From positions 103 through 64,102 of the forward strand of contig JAGWOD010000003.1 in assembly GCA_028871115.1 (NCBI GenBank): DNA of 64,000 nt, given 5' to 3'. The translations under genes were made by a program, and so were the position numbers. Under the pieces are notes generated by a model that had not been told where the DNA came from, made no database searches, and was given only the letters and a program-made list of their open reading frames with translations. The DNA comes from Patescibacteria group bacterium (GTDB lineage Bacteria > Patescibacteriota > Minisyncoccia > Phycocordibacterales > SBAW01). Positions 38,325-48,932 of the stretch are shown here, in pieces (within the stretch, counting starts at the first letter, position 1; the number at the start of each line of letters is the position of its first letter).

Positions 38325-39393
38325 GAAGGATTCGCTCGATCTTGAGAAGATTCTTCTTCCTAAAAAAGATCCCTCAAAGCTTTCGGCACAACGCGTAAAT
38401 GCGGCCGAGGTGCTTGAGGCTGCTTCTGCACCGCTTCCAAAAGCTCCGGCGCCAGAACCTCTTCCCGTAAAACCTGCCCTGGAGATTCCCGCAATTGAAA
38501 CCTATAAAAGCGATATAGAGGAGACCGTGCGAGGAAAAAATATCTCTCTTGTCGAAATTGCAGCAGCACAAGCACGACGGGGTGGATCTCTAGGACCTGC
38601 TGAAGAAGAGGTTCCTCAAGGGACTTCCCGAAAACGACTGCTACAGATTGGTGTGGGTGGCTTGCTTCTGCTTGGCGCGGTGGTAGCAATTGCAGCAGCG
38701 CTCTCGCGCGGAAGTGCACTGCCCCCTGCACAATCTCCTTCCGCTCCCTATATCTACGTCGACGGTACACAGACCGTGCCCGTCCCCGAAGGCTCAACCC
38801 GGTCGGAGATTATGACCGAGCTCGAAGCAGATCGGCAGAATACCAATATTGCCCTTGGACTCATCTCCCGCCTCTATCTCGTTGCACCTGCAACCACGAC
38901 CAACGCCGGAGCAGTGCCACTCTCGACATCTGACTTTTTTTCCTTGATGGCGCCGAATGCCGATCCCTCCCTGGTGCGCTCGCTTGATCCGACCTTTCTC
39001 CTCGGCGTCCATTCCTTCGACGGGAACCAGGCCTTCCTCATTTTCACCACCAACTCTTATGACCAGGCGTACGCCGGTATGCTCTCTTGGGAGGACACGA
39101 TGCAGACCGATCTCTCACCGCTTTTCGATCGCACGCCTCCCATCCATATTCCGGAGGAAGGAAATACCGCAGCAGAAGCAATCGCTGCTCCACAGCTCCT
39201 CCAGAGTCCTTTTTCAGACCTCGTCGTTGATAATGAGGATGCACGCGTCATTCAAGATTCCTCGGGTGACATATTGCTCCTGTGGACTTTTGTTGATCGA
39301 CAGACGCTTGTTATCACGACAAACCAATATACGCTCCAGGAAATCATCTCACGCCTCACCGAGGCACCGGTGGTCCCCATCCCTGGAGAGTAA
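38281..39393 (+). CDS. Hypothetical single-pass membrane protein (overlaps the pnp 3' end in another frame)
   Basis: MADETTPGTSGDSNK... with one TM segment (LLQIGVGGLLLLGAVVAIAAAL) and an extracytoplasmic C-terminal domain. The start is uncertain. Confidence 0.4.
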   Translation: MADETTPGTSGDSNKKDSLDLEKILLPKKDPSKLSAQRVNAAEVLEAASAPLPKAPAPEPLPVKPALEIPAIETYKSDIEETVRGKNISLVEIAAAQARRGGSLGPAEEEVPQGTSRKRLLQIGVGGLLLLGAVVAIAAALSRGSALPPAQSPSAPYIYVDGTQTVPVPEGSTRSEIMTELEADRQNTNIALGLISRLYLVAPATTTNAGAVPLSTSDFFSLMAPNADPSLVRSLDPTFLLGVHSFDGNQAFLIFTTNSYDQAYAGMLSWEDTMQTDLSPLFDRTPPIHIPEEGNTAAEAIAAPQLLQSPFSDLVVDNEDARVIQDSSGDILLLWTFVDRQTLVITTNQYTLQEIISRLTEAPVVPIPGE

Positions 39394-39418
39394 TCCAGAG
39401 TGCTATAGTACGAAGCGT

Positions 39419-39793
39419 ATGGATGAGAAAAAACTTTCGCATTTCAAGAAAAAATTGGAAGAAGAATTGAGAACAGTGGAGAGCGACTTGGCAGACGTCG
39501 GCCGCAAGAATCCGGATGCACCAGGAGAGTGGGAAGCACAAGTAAAGGATACTGACACGGCCTCCACAGAAGCGGATGAAAAGGCAGATAAATTTGAGGA
39601 GTATGAAAGCAATAGTGCAATCCTTGAGCCGGTTGCAGCGCGAGCTAAAGAAATACAGCACGCACTTGAAAAGATTGCCTCAGGCACCTATGGCCTCTGC
39701 GAAGTCTCCGGCGAGAGGATAGAGGAAGCTCGGCTCGAAGCGAATCCTGCTGCACGCACGTGCGAGAAGCATATGCGGCAAGGGAAAAGCTAA
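39419..39793 (+). CDS. DksA/TraR-family C4-type zinc-finger protein
   Basis: Coiled-coil N-terminal region plus C-terminal YGLCEVSGERIEEARLEANPAARTCEKH (C-x2-C...C-x2-C finger). The ATG at 39419 lies inside the larger spurious ORF 38957..39793. Confidence 0.65.
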   Translation: MDEKKLSHFKKKLEEELRTVESDLADVGRKNPDAPGEWEAQVKDTDTASTEADEKADKFEEYESNSAILEPVAARAKEIQHALEKIASGTYGLCEVSGERIEEARLEANPAARTCEKHMRQGKS

Positions 39794-39802
39794 AGATAGA
39801 AA

Positions 39803-40900
39803 CTACTCGCTACTTCCAAGCGGCAAGCTTGCGAAAGGATTGACTGCACCGCGCACTTCAAAGTGCAGGTGGGGACCGGTTGCAAGACCGGTCGCTCCCA
39901 CAAGTCCTATCGTCTCTCCTTGAGTTACCGAGGTGCCTGCCGAGACCAAAACCCGGCTCATATGAGCATAGAGAGTTTCCGTTCCGTTAGGATGCGCAAT
40001 AACTACGTAATTTCCGTAGCCACCGTTCCATGCTCCGTTGGCGCGAGCGACAATGACAATACCGGAGGCCGCAGCATAAATTTGAGTGCCGCGTGGAGCG
40101 CCGATATCAACCGCGTTCCATCCATGAAGTCCCTGTGTGATAACTCCTCCATTAATCGGCCACGCAAAATACCCGGGAATCGCTGGGCCTGAGCCACCGA
40201 GATAGGGTTCTACCAAACCGCGTGAGGAACTGCCTGAGTGTGAAACAGACCTGGAAGAAGAAGTACTGCTTCCTCCAGAAATTTCGCCGTCGGGGATGAT
40301 GACGCTTGTGCCAGGAGTAAGTGCCAAAGAAGGATCGAGACCGTTGTACTGTGCGATTTCATTTGCGTCCGCACTATACTTCTTAGCGATTGAGGCGAGT
40401 GTCTCTCCTTTCACCACAGTGTGCTCTACACCGGTGATCGGTAGGATGACGAGCATTTCGCCAGGATGAACTACACCTCCTTGAATATCATTGGCCCAAA
40501 CGATGGTGTTAACCGAGACACTGAAAAGCTCCGCGATAGAAGAGAGCGTATCGCCCGCATGCACAGTGTAGACAGAAATTTGCGAGGAAGTTGGCCATTG
40601 ATTGATGTCAGCAGTACCTGTCGGGTTATCCTGCGCCTCAAGAGCGCTCCCATCGGCAACCGTGATATCACCACCGCCCTCCGCAGGATTCGGATCTAGA
40701 TTCACCGCAGGGGAGAGGAGCGGCATAGTTTGGGAATTGTACGAAAGATCTGCGTTTTGGAGAGTATTGGGGTCAGTCGCATCCAATGAAAATGCCTGCG
40801 CAGGATGTATCGCAGGCAGTACCACAAAGGTGACAACAAGAGCGCCTCCAGTGAGAAGCGCGTACGCAAAAGGTTTTTTCGCCCATCCTCCTAGAAGCAA
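39803..40900 (-). CDS. Secreted M23-family metallopeptidase with two LysM domains
   Basis: Two LysM repeats (VHAGDTLSSIAELFSVSVNTIVWAN, VVKGETLASIAKKYSADANEIAQYN) and a C-terminal LytM/M23 domain (HxxxD...HLHFEV). Confidence 0.8.
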   Translation of the reverse strand: MLLGGWAKKPFAYALLTGGALVVTFVVLPAIHPAQAFSLDATDPNTLQNADLSYNSQTMPLLSPAVNLDPNPAEGGGDITVADGSALEAQDNPTGTADINQWPTSSQISVYTVHAGDTLSSIAELFSVSVNTIVWANDIQGGVVHPGEMLVILPITGVEHTVVKGETLASIAKKYSADANEIAQYNGLDPSLALTPGTSVIIPDGEISGGSSTSSSRSVSHSGSSSRGLVEPYLGGSGPAIPGYFAWPINGGVITQGLHGWNAVDIGAPRGTQIYAAASGIVIVARANGAWNGGYGNYVVIAHPNGTETLYAHMSRVLVSAGTSVTQGETIGLVGATGLATGPHLHFEVRGAVNPFASLPLGSSE

Positions 40901-41196
40901 CCTCGTGTAGAGGATGAGGTCCTGTAAACGTTGAAAGTCTATAAGCCGAGAGGCTTCCGAGTATGGAGAAACGCGGCCCTAACGGTTTCATCCTATCTCC
41001 GGAGCGCCCTAAACTGATCCTCATCCGTATGCAAAAAGTCTCTTTACAATTCTCTTTGCATCCCAATCGTACGGGACGTTTTTAACTATAGCCTTCGGCA
41101 ACAGGAGGGTCTACTTCCAGAAATAAGGGTTTTGTGGCGGACTTCCTGAAATCTCAATAAAAAGGCCATTTTAAGAGGGGTGGCTGTGGATAACCT

Positions 41197-43200
41197 TTGA
41201 AAAATAAAGGGATTTTGCTGCATTCGAAGCTCCTTAGTATAGTAAGTTTCATGCAGAGCCATTTAGAGGGTCTTAACGCCGCTCAAGAGGAAGCGGTGCT
41301 CCACTCCCAAGGTCCGCTCCTCGTGCTCGCAGGCGCAGGAGCGGGGAAGACCCGAGTCATAACCCACCGAATCTTGGAACTCGTGGTGAAAGGCACAGCG
41401 CCAGAGAATATTCTTGCTATTACCTTTACCAACAAGGCTGCTCGAGAGATGCGCGAGCGAGTGGAGACACTCCTCAAAAATTCAAAGAATTTCACGAGAG
41501 AAGAAGAAATGCCTTTTATTTCGACGTTTCACTCTCTGGGACTCAGAATAATAAAGGAACACTATCGTGAGTTTGGTTTCAAACGCTTCCCTGCGATTTA
41601 TGACCGAGCAGATTCACTCAAAGCATTGCGTGATGTATTGAAGCATCTGGGCACACCCATTCAAAATAAAGAGAGCCTCGAGGCCGGAGGTTCCTCGCAA
41701 GAGGCGCGTATGGTGCTTGGCATAATCTCGCGCAGCAAAGGGGACGGCATTACTCAAGAGCTCTATGAAGAAGGCGCGCGGGATGCGCGTGAGAGGATGA
41801 TCGCAACAGCGTGGAGAGGATACGAACGCGCACTCCAGAGCGAAGGAGCACTTGATTTTGACGATCTTCTCCTGCGAGCCGTACTTTTTTTGCGAGAAAA
41901 CGAAATTGCTCGGAAGCGGTATCAGAAACGCTGGCAGTATCTTCATATAGACGAGTACCAAGATACCAACCGCATCCAGAGTGCACTTGTCGCACTGCTC
42001 GTAGGCGAGGCACACAATATTTGTGCAGTCGGCGACATTGATCAAACGATCTACACCTGGCGGGGAGCAGACATCCGCAACCTTCTGAGCTTTTCGAAAC
42101 ACTATCCAGGCGCGAGAACTATACTTCTTGAGGAAAATTACCGCTCAAGTGGATCTATCCTCGAGGCTGCGAACGCTCTCATCGCAAAAAATCACATCCG
42201 GGTGGAGAAAAATCTCTTTACCAAAAAAACAGAGGGGGAGCCTCTTTCCATCTTCGGAGCGTTCGACGAGCATGACGAGGCGCACTTCGTAGTCCGCAAG
42301 ATCAATGAGCGCATAGAGCGAGGCGCCCGCCCAAAAGATTTCGCCGTTCTCTACCGAGCGAACTTCCAGTCCCGAGCGCTCGAGGAAGCGCTCCTGCAAG
42401 GAGATATTCCCTACCAGGTGCTCGGTACCCGCTTCTTCGAGCGTGCGGAGGTAAAAGATATGCTTGCGTTCCTGCGTGCAGCGCTCTACAACACCACTCC
42501 TGACATCGCGCGCATCGCAAATGTCCCTCGGCGGGGGATAGGAAAAACAACCCTTATGGCTATGCTCTCGGGAACCGAAGGAGGGTTGCGCGGTAATACA
42601 GGAGAACGGGTGGCTCTTTTCAGGACACTCTTGCACACTATCGAACGACAATCGCACCTACTTCCTCCCTCCGAACTTATTACCTTCGTGATGCGAGAGA
42701 GCGGTGTCGAGAGAATGCTGCGCGAGGATAAGCTAGAAGGTGTTGAGCGTCTCAACAATATCAAGGAGCTTATCGCGCTTGCGGGGCGCTATGACAAGGA
42801 CCCTATTCCGGAGGGTACACACGCATTCCTCGAGAATGCCGCGCTCGCAAGTGAGCAGGATGAACTCAAAGAAGAAGCAAACGCTGTGAGGCTCATGACC
42901 GTTCATGCTTCCAAGGGACTTGAATTCCCCTACGTTTTTATCACAGGCCTCGAAGAAGGACTCTTTCCCTACACCCGCGATGAAATGGATGAAGAGGAAG
43001 ATGATGAAGAAGAACGACGGCTTATGTATGTGGCACTCACACGGGCGCAAGAAAAAATATTTCTTACACACACTTCGATCCGCACTACCTTCGGTCAGCA
43101 ATCATTCAACGAACCCTCGCAATTCCTTTTGGATATTCCGGAGCGTCTCTCTTGCCTTGAGGAACCTGAGCGTCTCGGGCGCACCATTTATCTCGAGTAA
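41197..43200 (+). CDS. pcrA: ATP-dependent DNA helicase, UvrD/PcrA family
   Basis: Helicase motif I AGAGAGKTRVITHRI, the DEYQDTN motif, and C-terminal VHASKGLEFPYVF. The start may be the internal Met at 41251. Confidence 0.85.
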   Translation: MKNKGILLHSKLLSIVSFMQSHLEGLNAAQEEAVLHSQGPLLVLAGAGAGKTRVITHRILELVVKGTAPENILAITFTNKAAREMRERVETLLKNSKNFTREEEMPFISTFHSLGLRIIKEHYREFGFKRFPAIYDRADSLKALRDVLKHLGTPIQNKESLEAGGSSQEARMVLGIISRSKGDGITQELYEEGARDARERMIATAWRGYERALQSEGALDFDDLLLRAVLFLRENEIARKRYQKRWQYLHIDEYQDTNRIQSALVALLVGEAHNICAVGDIDQTIYTWRGADIRNLLSFSKHYPGARTILLEENYRSSGSILEAANALIAKNHIRVEKNLFTKKTEGEPLSIFGAFDEHDEAHFVVRKINERIERGARPKDFAVLYRANFQSRALEEALLQGDIPYQVLGTRFFERAEVKDMLAFLRAALYNTTPDIARIANVPRRGIGKTTLMAMLSGTEGGLRGNTGERVALFRTLLHTIERQSHLLPPSELITFVMRESGVERMLREDKLEGVERLNNIKELIALAGRYDKDPIPEGTHAFLENAALASEQDELKEEANAVRLMTVHASKGLEFPYVFITGLEEGLFPYTRDEMDEEEDDEEERRLMYVALTRAQEKIFLTHTSIRTTFGQQSFNEPSQFLLDIPERLSCLEEPERLGRTIYLE

Positions 43201-43202
43201 GT

Positions 43203-43982
43203 ATGCGTCCGAAGAAACGACTCGGCCAACACTTCCTCGCCCCTGCCTGGGCACGTACCGTAGCAGAGAGCGCGCAGCTTGAAGAGGACAATTATGTATT
43301 TGAGATAGGACCCGGCAGAGGAGTGCTCACGAAAGAGCTCCTGCTGCGAGGAGCGCGGACCATTGCCATCGAAAAAGACAGGGCACTGGTCGCAACTCTC
43401 AAAACTTCATTCGAAAAAGAAATAAAGGATGGAAGGCTCACACTTATTGAAGGCGACGCGCTTGAGATAGACGTGGAGAAATTGGGACTTAAAAACGGAA
43501 AGTATACAATCGTTGCTAATATTCCCTACTACATCACCGGGGCCTTGCTCGAAAAATTCCTATCACAGCCGCCTCGGCCGAAAACGCTTGTATTTCTTAT
43601 GCAAAAAGAGGTCGCCGAGCGCATTGCTAAGGCAAAAAAAGAGAGCCTCTTGTCCCTCTCCGTCAAAGCGTATGGCACTCCACACTATCTCAATACTGTC
43701 CCTCGCGGCGCGTTTAATCCCGCGCCCGAGGTGGACTCGGCAATACTGCGTATCGAGGGAATTTCGGACAAAAAATTCGATACTAGAGAGCATGAGAAGC
43801 GATTTTTCGAACTCATCCGGGCAGGATTCGCTCACAAGCGTAAATTACTCTCCGGAAACCTCAAGAATCTCCTCGGAAGAGGCGGCGAGGAGGCTCTTGC
43901 GGGTGTAGGGCTGCCCAAAAAAGTGCGGGCTGAGGATGTGCCCCTTGAGCAATGGCTTCTTCTTGCAAGGCAAGATCCCTGA
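43203..43982 (+). CDS. rsmA: 16S rRNA (adenine1518/1519-N6)-dimethyltransferase
   Basis: LGQHFL start and SAM-binding E-x-GPG motif (FEIGPGRGVLT). Confidence 0.85.
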   Translation: MRPKKRLGQHFLAPAWARTVAESAQLEEDNYVFEIGPGRGVLTKELLLRGARTIAIEKDRALVATLKTSFEKEIKDGRLTLIEGDALEIDVEKLGLKNGKYTIVANIPYYITGALLEKFLSQPPRPKTLVFLMQKEVAERIAKAKKESLLSLSVKAYGTPHYLNTVPRGAFNPAPEVDSAILRIEGISDKKFDTREHEKRFFELIRAGFAHKRKLLSGNLKNLLGRGGEEALAGVGLPKKVRAEDVPLEQWLLLARQDP

Positions 43983-44013
43983 GTCCACGAAAAGCCTTGT
44001 TATACTTTAGGAG

Positions 44014-44979
44014 ATGAACATTCGCGCCTATCTGCCCAGCGCGCGTTTTGGAACGCTTATTGGCGCTGTGGTAATAAGCGCTCTTCTTATATATGGAGCG
44101 CTAGCTATAGCCTCACCAAGGACAGGGGGACTCGAGAATACAAATGCAACAACGACTTCAAACGGAGTTTTTTCTTACTCGAGTGAAGACTGGCAACAGG
44201 CATTTGCTTCTTCAACCACCTTCCAGAGCGCCCAGGATATAGCCGACCAAGCTCAAAATCTCATCGCCTCTTCCCAGACAGGAAATCTTACTGACACCAT
44301 TGGCCGATCTCTGGTTATAGGTACAAGTGCCGCTACGGGTCAGGGGCTGAGTGGCAGTACTGATGCTGAATCTCAAATCGTTAGCAGCGCGCTTTCGGAA
44401 ATCCAGAATGAACTCTCCCAGGTGACCCTCTACACAGCAAGCGATCTAATGGTTGTGGCTGATTCTTCCTCTTCACTCCATGACTATGCCAATGCCATTG
44501 CGACGGCAATAGGAGGACACCCACAGGCATCCTATACCAACGTGATTCTTTCGGTTGGATTTGCAATCGATAACAATAACGCAACGACTCTGGCACAGCT
44601 GCCAGCAACCGCGAATGCTTACCAAGCACTGGCAAAAGAAATCATAGGAATTCCCGTACCGAACTCTCTTGCCGGCGTACAGCTCCAGATTGCTAACAAT
44701 TATTTGGAAATGTCGGGAAGCATTGGGGACATGGAAACGGTGCTTAACGACCCGATCCGCGGTCTCGCAGGGCTTCAGGAATATGATGCACTCGTGAGCC
44801 AGAGTGTGACGCTGTACACACAGATTGCTCAAACGCTGCAAAACGACGATATACTTTTTGGGAAAGGCGAGGCTGGCACTGTCTGGAGTTCTTTCCTCGC
44901 ACAGGCACAAGCTGAAGCCGCCCAAGCCGCGCAGCAATCCACAACTCAGCAGACCACCGATACCTCAAGCGGATCCTAG
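44014..44979 (+). CDS. Hypothetical N-terminally anchored extracytoplasmic protein (first gene of the T4SS-like operon)
   Basis: Single N-terminal TM (FGTLIGAVVISALLIYGALAIA) followed by a helical S/T/A/Q-rich domain. Confidence 0.45.
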   Translation: MNIRAYLPSARFGTLIGAVVISALLIYGALAIASPRTGGLENTNATTTSNGVFSYSSEDWQQAFASSTTFQSAQDIADQAQNLIASSQTGNLTDTIGRSLVIGTSAATGQGLSGSTDAESQIVSSALSEIQNELSQVTLYTASDLMVVADSSSSLHDYANAIATAIGGHPQASYTNVILSVGFAIDNNNATTLAQLPATANAYQALAKEIIGIPVPNSLAGVQLQIANNYLEMSGSIGDMETVLNDPIRGLAGLQEYDALVSQSVTLYTQIAQTLQNDDILFGKGEAGTVWSSFLAQAQAEAAQAAQQSTTQQTTDTSSGS

Positions 44980-44986
44980 AATTTCA

Positions 44987-46705
44987 ATGCAAAAATCGCC
45001 TTTTTTAAGAACTATATCTACCGGCGCAATTGTCTCCGGAGTATTGAGCATTTTGCTGTTTGTATTTGCTACCCTACCTTCAACTGCCTTTGCCCAGGCA
45101 ACTACAGCAGGAACTCAGACAACCAGCGGCCTCCAAAACTCTTCGACAGGTTCTCTCACCGGAGTAGTGGCGAGTCTTGGGGCATGTACTGTTCCTGTGC
45201 TTGCCCCACTTATCGGCGGATCATTTTCACTAGCGCTATTAGGGCAGACCGTGGGTGATACAGCCCTCCCTGTCCATGACTACGGCAATACACTCACCAA
45301 TGCCGGGACAACAATCTCAAGCAACTTAAATCTCAGTACAAGCCTCGCAAATCTTGTGCGTAGCCAGTTTCTCGACTGTGCTGCTCGCGCGCTTGCCCGA
45401 GCGGCGCTCCAGGATATTGCGGTCTCCACTATCAATTGGATAAATTCGGGCTTCAATGGAAGTCCTTCCTTCGTCCAGAATTACAATCAATTCTTCACTA
45501 ATGTTGCCGAAGATGCAGTCGGTAATTATCTGCAGAGCAGTAATCTCGCCTTTCTGTGTGATCCATTCCAAATTCAAGTCAAACTCGCGGTTGCGCAAGC
45601 GTATGCCATACAAGGCCCGCAACAATGTTCACTGAATAATTTCACCAATAGTATCCAGGGATTCATGACCGATTTCTCCCAAGGCGGGTGGCCAGCATTT
45701 ATCTCTTTCACCGATGTGCCGACTAACAATCCCTACGGCTCATTCATGTACGCAGAAGCTGGCCTCAACAGTGCGGTTGCCCAAGCACAGGGACAGAAAG
45801 TGCTCGATTTACAGTTAGGAAATGGTTTTCTTTCCGTTCAACAAAAGGAAAATTGTCATACAGTTAGCTCGACCACGCCGCCCCCCTCTTCACCAAACGA
45901 GTCGGTCGAGGAGGTGCCAGGTGGAGATGGACATTCTTTCCTTGTCTGTGATCTTGTAAATACGACTCCGGGCACTGCTATTTCTGATGCTCTCAATCAA
46001 ACGTTCAATATCAACACGGGATCGCTCATAGACGCAAAGTACTTCGATGAGATCATTAGCGCGCTGGTGTCTCAACTTATTCAAAACACCCTCTATAGCG
46101 GCCTCTCGAATCTTTCTTCAAGCGGCGGCTACGGATACAGCAGCACTTACGGTTCTGCGATCACGACAAGCGACAATAGCCTTGGCCAGGATGTGCTGAG
46201 CAATATAAATCCCTACGAAAGCTCCGCACAAAACCTTATTAGCATCGATGATCAGAACGTCTCTAATATCCAATCCTCACTCACACAAGCAGAGGGGCTC
46301 CAGCAGTGCTGGCTTAACAAAGCAAACCCGACAACAACCGGTACCTCAACCCCACTTACTACCGAACAAATGGCGCAGGCACAGGCAAACGCATCAAGTA
46401 CCCAGCCCCTTATTGACGATCTCAATCAAAAACTCTCCCTGTACGAAACTTCTGCTGGAACTGCGAGCACGAGTATTCAAGTACTTGAAGGGTACCGCAG
46501 CCAAGTTAACGGCACTACTGATCCTAATACCCTACAAACGATTCTCACTAACTTTGCGAATGGAGTTTCAAGCGGAGTCTTCATCGGAGATGCCGACGTG
46601 ACCAACGCTCAAGAGGATCAGGTCCAACTCAACTCAGAACTTTCAACCGATAATCAGACTATACAGAATGGTCTTACTCAATGCCATGCTTTCCCTTCTT
46701 CATAA
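44987..46705 (+). CDS. Hypothetical secreted protein (about 570 aa)
   Basis: Signal peptide MQKSPFLRTISTGAIVSGVLSILLFVFATLPSTAFAQA, then a Ser/Thr/Asn-rich domain. Start trimmed to the Met after the upstream stop. Confidence 0.5.
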   Translation: MQKSPFLRTISTGAIVSGVLSILLFVFATLPSTAFAQATTAGTQTTSGLQNSSTGSLTGVVASLGACTVPVLAPLIGGSFSLALLGQTVGDTALPVHDYGNTLTNAGTTISSNLNLSTSLANLVRSQFLDCAARALARAALQDIAVSTINWINSGFNGSPSFVQNYNQFFTNVAEDAVGNYLQSSNLAFLCDPFQIQVKLAVAQAYAIQGPQQCSLNNFTNSIQGFMTDFSQGGWPAFISFTDVPTNNPYGSFMYAEAGLNSAVAQAQGQKVLDLQLGNGFLSVQQKENCHTVSSTTPPPSSPNESVEEVPGGDGHSFLVCDLVNTTPGTAISDALNQTFNINTGSLIDAKYFDEIISALVSQLIQNTLYSGLSNLSSSGGYGYSSTYGSAITTSDNSLGQDVLSNINPYESSAQNLISIDDQNVSNIQSSLTQAEGLQQCWLNKANPTTTGTSTPLTTEQMAQAQANASSTQPLIDDLNQKLSLYETSAGTASTSIQVLEGYRSQVNGTTDPNTLQTILTNFANGVSSGVFIGDADVTNAQEDQVQLNSELSTDNQTIQNGLTQCHAFPSS

Positions 46706-48905
46706 ACAATTCGGCGTACTCGCAGGGTTGAGTATTGCTATCTTTGCCATATTCTTCGTCATAGCAGGGGCCTCAACCGCTCATGCTCAAGATGCTTCAC
46801 AGAGCATTGTTGGAGTTAACAATCCTGCTAACGCAGGTATAACTTCAAGTAGCTTCAATTTCACACAAAGCCCATATACTCAAACTCCAAGTAGTCTATC
46901 CCCAACGCTTAACACTAGTCAGGCTAACACTCAAGCAGGCCAACAGATCCTCAATAATTTAGGCCTCAGTCCCCAGGGCACAACTGGAAACACACAAACT
47001 ACTTCCACCTCCGATGATCTTGGCTGTTTCAACGGACAGTTTGATCTATGTCTTTCAGGTATTGTTTATTTCGTCGCGGTAGCAATACCCTCTTTTTTTG
47101 CATATGAAGCTGCGACATTTCTTGGAATTGCAGTTCAGGTGTCACTCAATAGTTCTACATATTCTATCGGTTTCATAGGCTCGGCGTGGACAGTGGTGCG
47201 CGACGTAGCCAACATGGCATTTCTTTTCATCCTTATATACATCGCGCTGGTAATCATGCTTGAGGCTGATACACATAACACGTCTCAGACATTGGTGCTC
47301 GTTATCATTATGGCTCTTATCATTAACTTCAGTTTTTTCATTACACGGCTCGTCATTGACGCCGGCAATATCTTAGCGGTCGAAGTTTATAACGCTATAC
47401 CGACGACCCAGTCGGTGCCGGGCGGAGGAAAAGACCTGACCGAAGATATCATGAGGGCGATTGGTGTACAGAACCTCTTCAGTACTTCAGCGTTCCAACA
47501 GTGGAACTCGAGCAATGGCAACTCGTTCTCTTTCTATCGCCTCATCACACTCTCGTGTTTGTATATCGCGACTGGAATTATCGTCGTTATACTTGGATTT
47601 GCATTCTTTATTGCAGCTGTGAATTTCTTAGGTCGTGTTGTTGTGTTATGGTTTGTCATAATATTTTCGCCGTTGGCGTTTGTCGCACGTGCTATCGAAC
47701 CGGTAGCTCAAGGGGCAGGGGAGGGGTTTAGACAATGGTTAGGGGCTCTTATACGTAACGCGCTCTATCCGGCGGTCTTTCTTTTCGTATTTCTGTTTCT
47801 CGATATATTCATGAAAGGCCTCGCTCTTGGTACAAATGGTAATTCGGTTGCAGCCGATATATTTCAAAATCTAAACGTTCAGAATCTTCAGAACCCAAAC
47901 AGCAATTATATAATGACACTTGTAACTCAGCTCGCGATGATGGGCATCGAGCTTGGTTTTGTGGTCATTATGGTCAAAATCGCACTCTCTGCTGCGGACA
48001 GAGTAGGACTTGAAAGTGCAGCGTTTGCACACAAGGCTGCGGAGCGGTTTCGGGGGGCCTACTTCGGTACCTACGCGAGACAGACCGCAGGACGGGCGGC
48101 GTTCTATGCTGATCGTGCAATAACAGATACGAGATTGGGTAATACACGTATGGGACAACGGGTACGTGCTCTGACAACTCAAAAATTTGCCAGCAAAGAA
48201 TTTGCAGCAGTAGGAAAAAAAGGAAAATCTTTTGAACAATATCATGAAGAAGAGCGGCATCTTAAAGAGGAGCGCGTTGCTGATGGCCGCCTCAACAAAA
48301 ATCTTCAACTACTTCAAAAAGCGGCTTCAGGAGAAGTACTTTCCACAAAAGAAAAAAGTGATCTACGCGATATGAGCATGCGCGAACTTGAGGGCGTAGA
48401 AAAACGCAGCGGAGGACATGCGCTTCTTGAGAAAGCGTCTCATCTTCTCTCGAAGAATCAAATAGAGGCTCTCAATAAAAATGATAAGTTTGACGATGCA
48501 TTCAAAGAACACATCCGACATTCCTGGAATGAAAACTCGGAAGACGCACCACTTGTGAAGGCTCAAAAAATACTCGCAGACGAATTGCGTGATGTTAATG
48601 CTAGTTTGAGGACGCTAAATGTCGCGACTCTCAACCCTAATAGCCAGCAGTACGCAGTAGGTACTGGTGCTGCCATTAACAAAGCAACTATGAAAGTAGT
48701 ATCGGATGAGGTCACCGGAGCCATATCTGCCCTACGCAGTAATATAAGGAGCGCTCCTCGAGGCACCCCGACTGTGGACATGCAGAGAGATCTGGAAATA
48801 CTTAACAATGTGCGCGACAGTATAAAACGGCATAATGACGAAATGAAGGAGATTCCGCCAGAAATTGGTGGGAGCCAAAATAGAGGCGAGTATGTAGCTT
48901 CATAA
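46686..48905 (+). CDS. VirB6/TrbL-like polytopic membrane protein with long cytoplasmic C-terminal coiled-coil region
   Basis: Signal peptide and an extracellular N-terminal domain, then at least 6 closely spaced TM helices including the FSPLAF segment, then about 300 aa of hydrophilic helical sequence. The architecture matches conjugation/T4SS channel proteins of the VirB6/TrbL type. Confidence 0.5.
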   Translation: MLSLLHKQFGVLAGLSIAIFAIFFVIAGASTAHAQDASQSIVGVNNPANAGITSSSFNFTQSPYTQTPSSLSPTLNTSQANTQAGQQILNNLGLSPQGTTGNTQTTSTSDDLGCFNGQFDLCLSGIVYFVAVAIPSFFAYEAATFLGIAVQVSLNSSTYSIGFIGSAWTVVRDVANMAFLFILIYIALVIMLEADTHNTSQTLVLVIIMALIINFSFFITRLVIDAGNILAVEVYNAIPTTQSVPGGGKDLTEDIMRAIGVQNLFSTSAFQQWNSSNGNSFSFYRLITLSCLYIATGIIVVILGFAFFIAAVNFLGRVVVLWFVIIFSPLAFVARAIEPVAQGAGEGFRQWLGALIRNALYPAVFLFVFLFLDIFMKGLALGTNGNSVAADIFQNLNVQNLQNPNSNYIMTLVTQLAMMGIELGFVVIMVKIALSAADRVGLESAAFAHKAAERFRGAYFGTYARQTAGRAAFYADRAITDTRLGNTRMGQRVRALTTQKFASKEFAAVGKKGKSFEQYHEEERHLKEERVADGRLNKNLQLLQKAASGEVLSTKEKSDLRDMSMRELEGVEKRSGGHALLEKASHLLSKNQIEALNKNDKFDDAFKEHIRHSWNENSEDAPLVKAQKILADELRDVNASLRTLNVATLNPNSQQYAVGTGAAINKATMKVVSDEVTGAISALRSNIRSAPRGTPTVDMQRDLEILNNVRDSIKRHNDEMKEIPPEIGGSQNRGEYVAS

Positions 48906-48932
48906 CTCTAGAAATTATCTGAAGAACATTTT

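Noticed and set aside
38360-39687. Several minus-strand ORFs (145, 101 and 94 aa) and plus-strand ORF 38957..39793
   Set aside because: They overlap the 38281..39393 gene and the DksA/TraR gene. The real DksA-like CDS starts at the internal ATG 39419, with the rest of the 278 aa ORF being a read-through frame.
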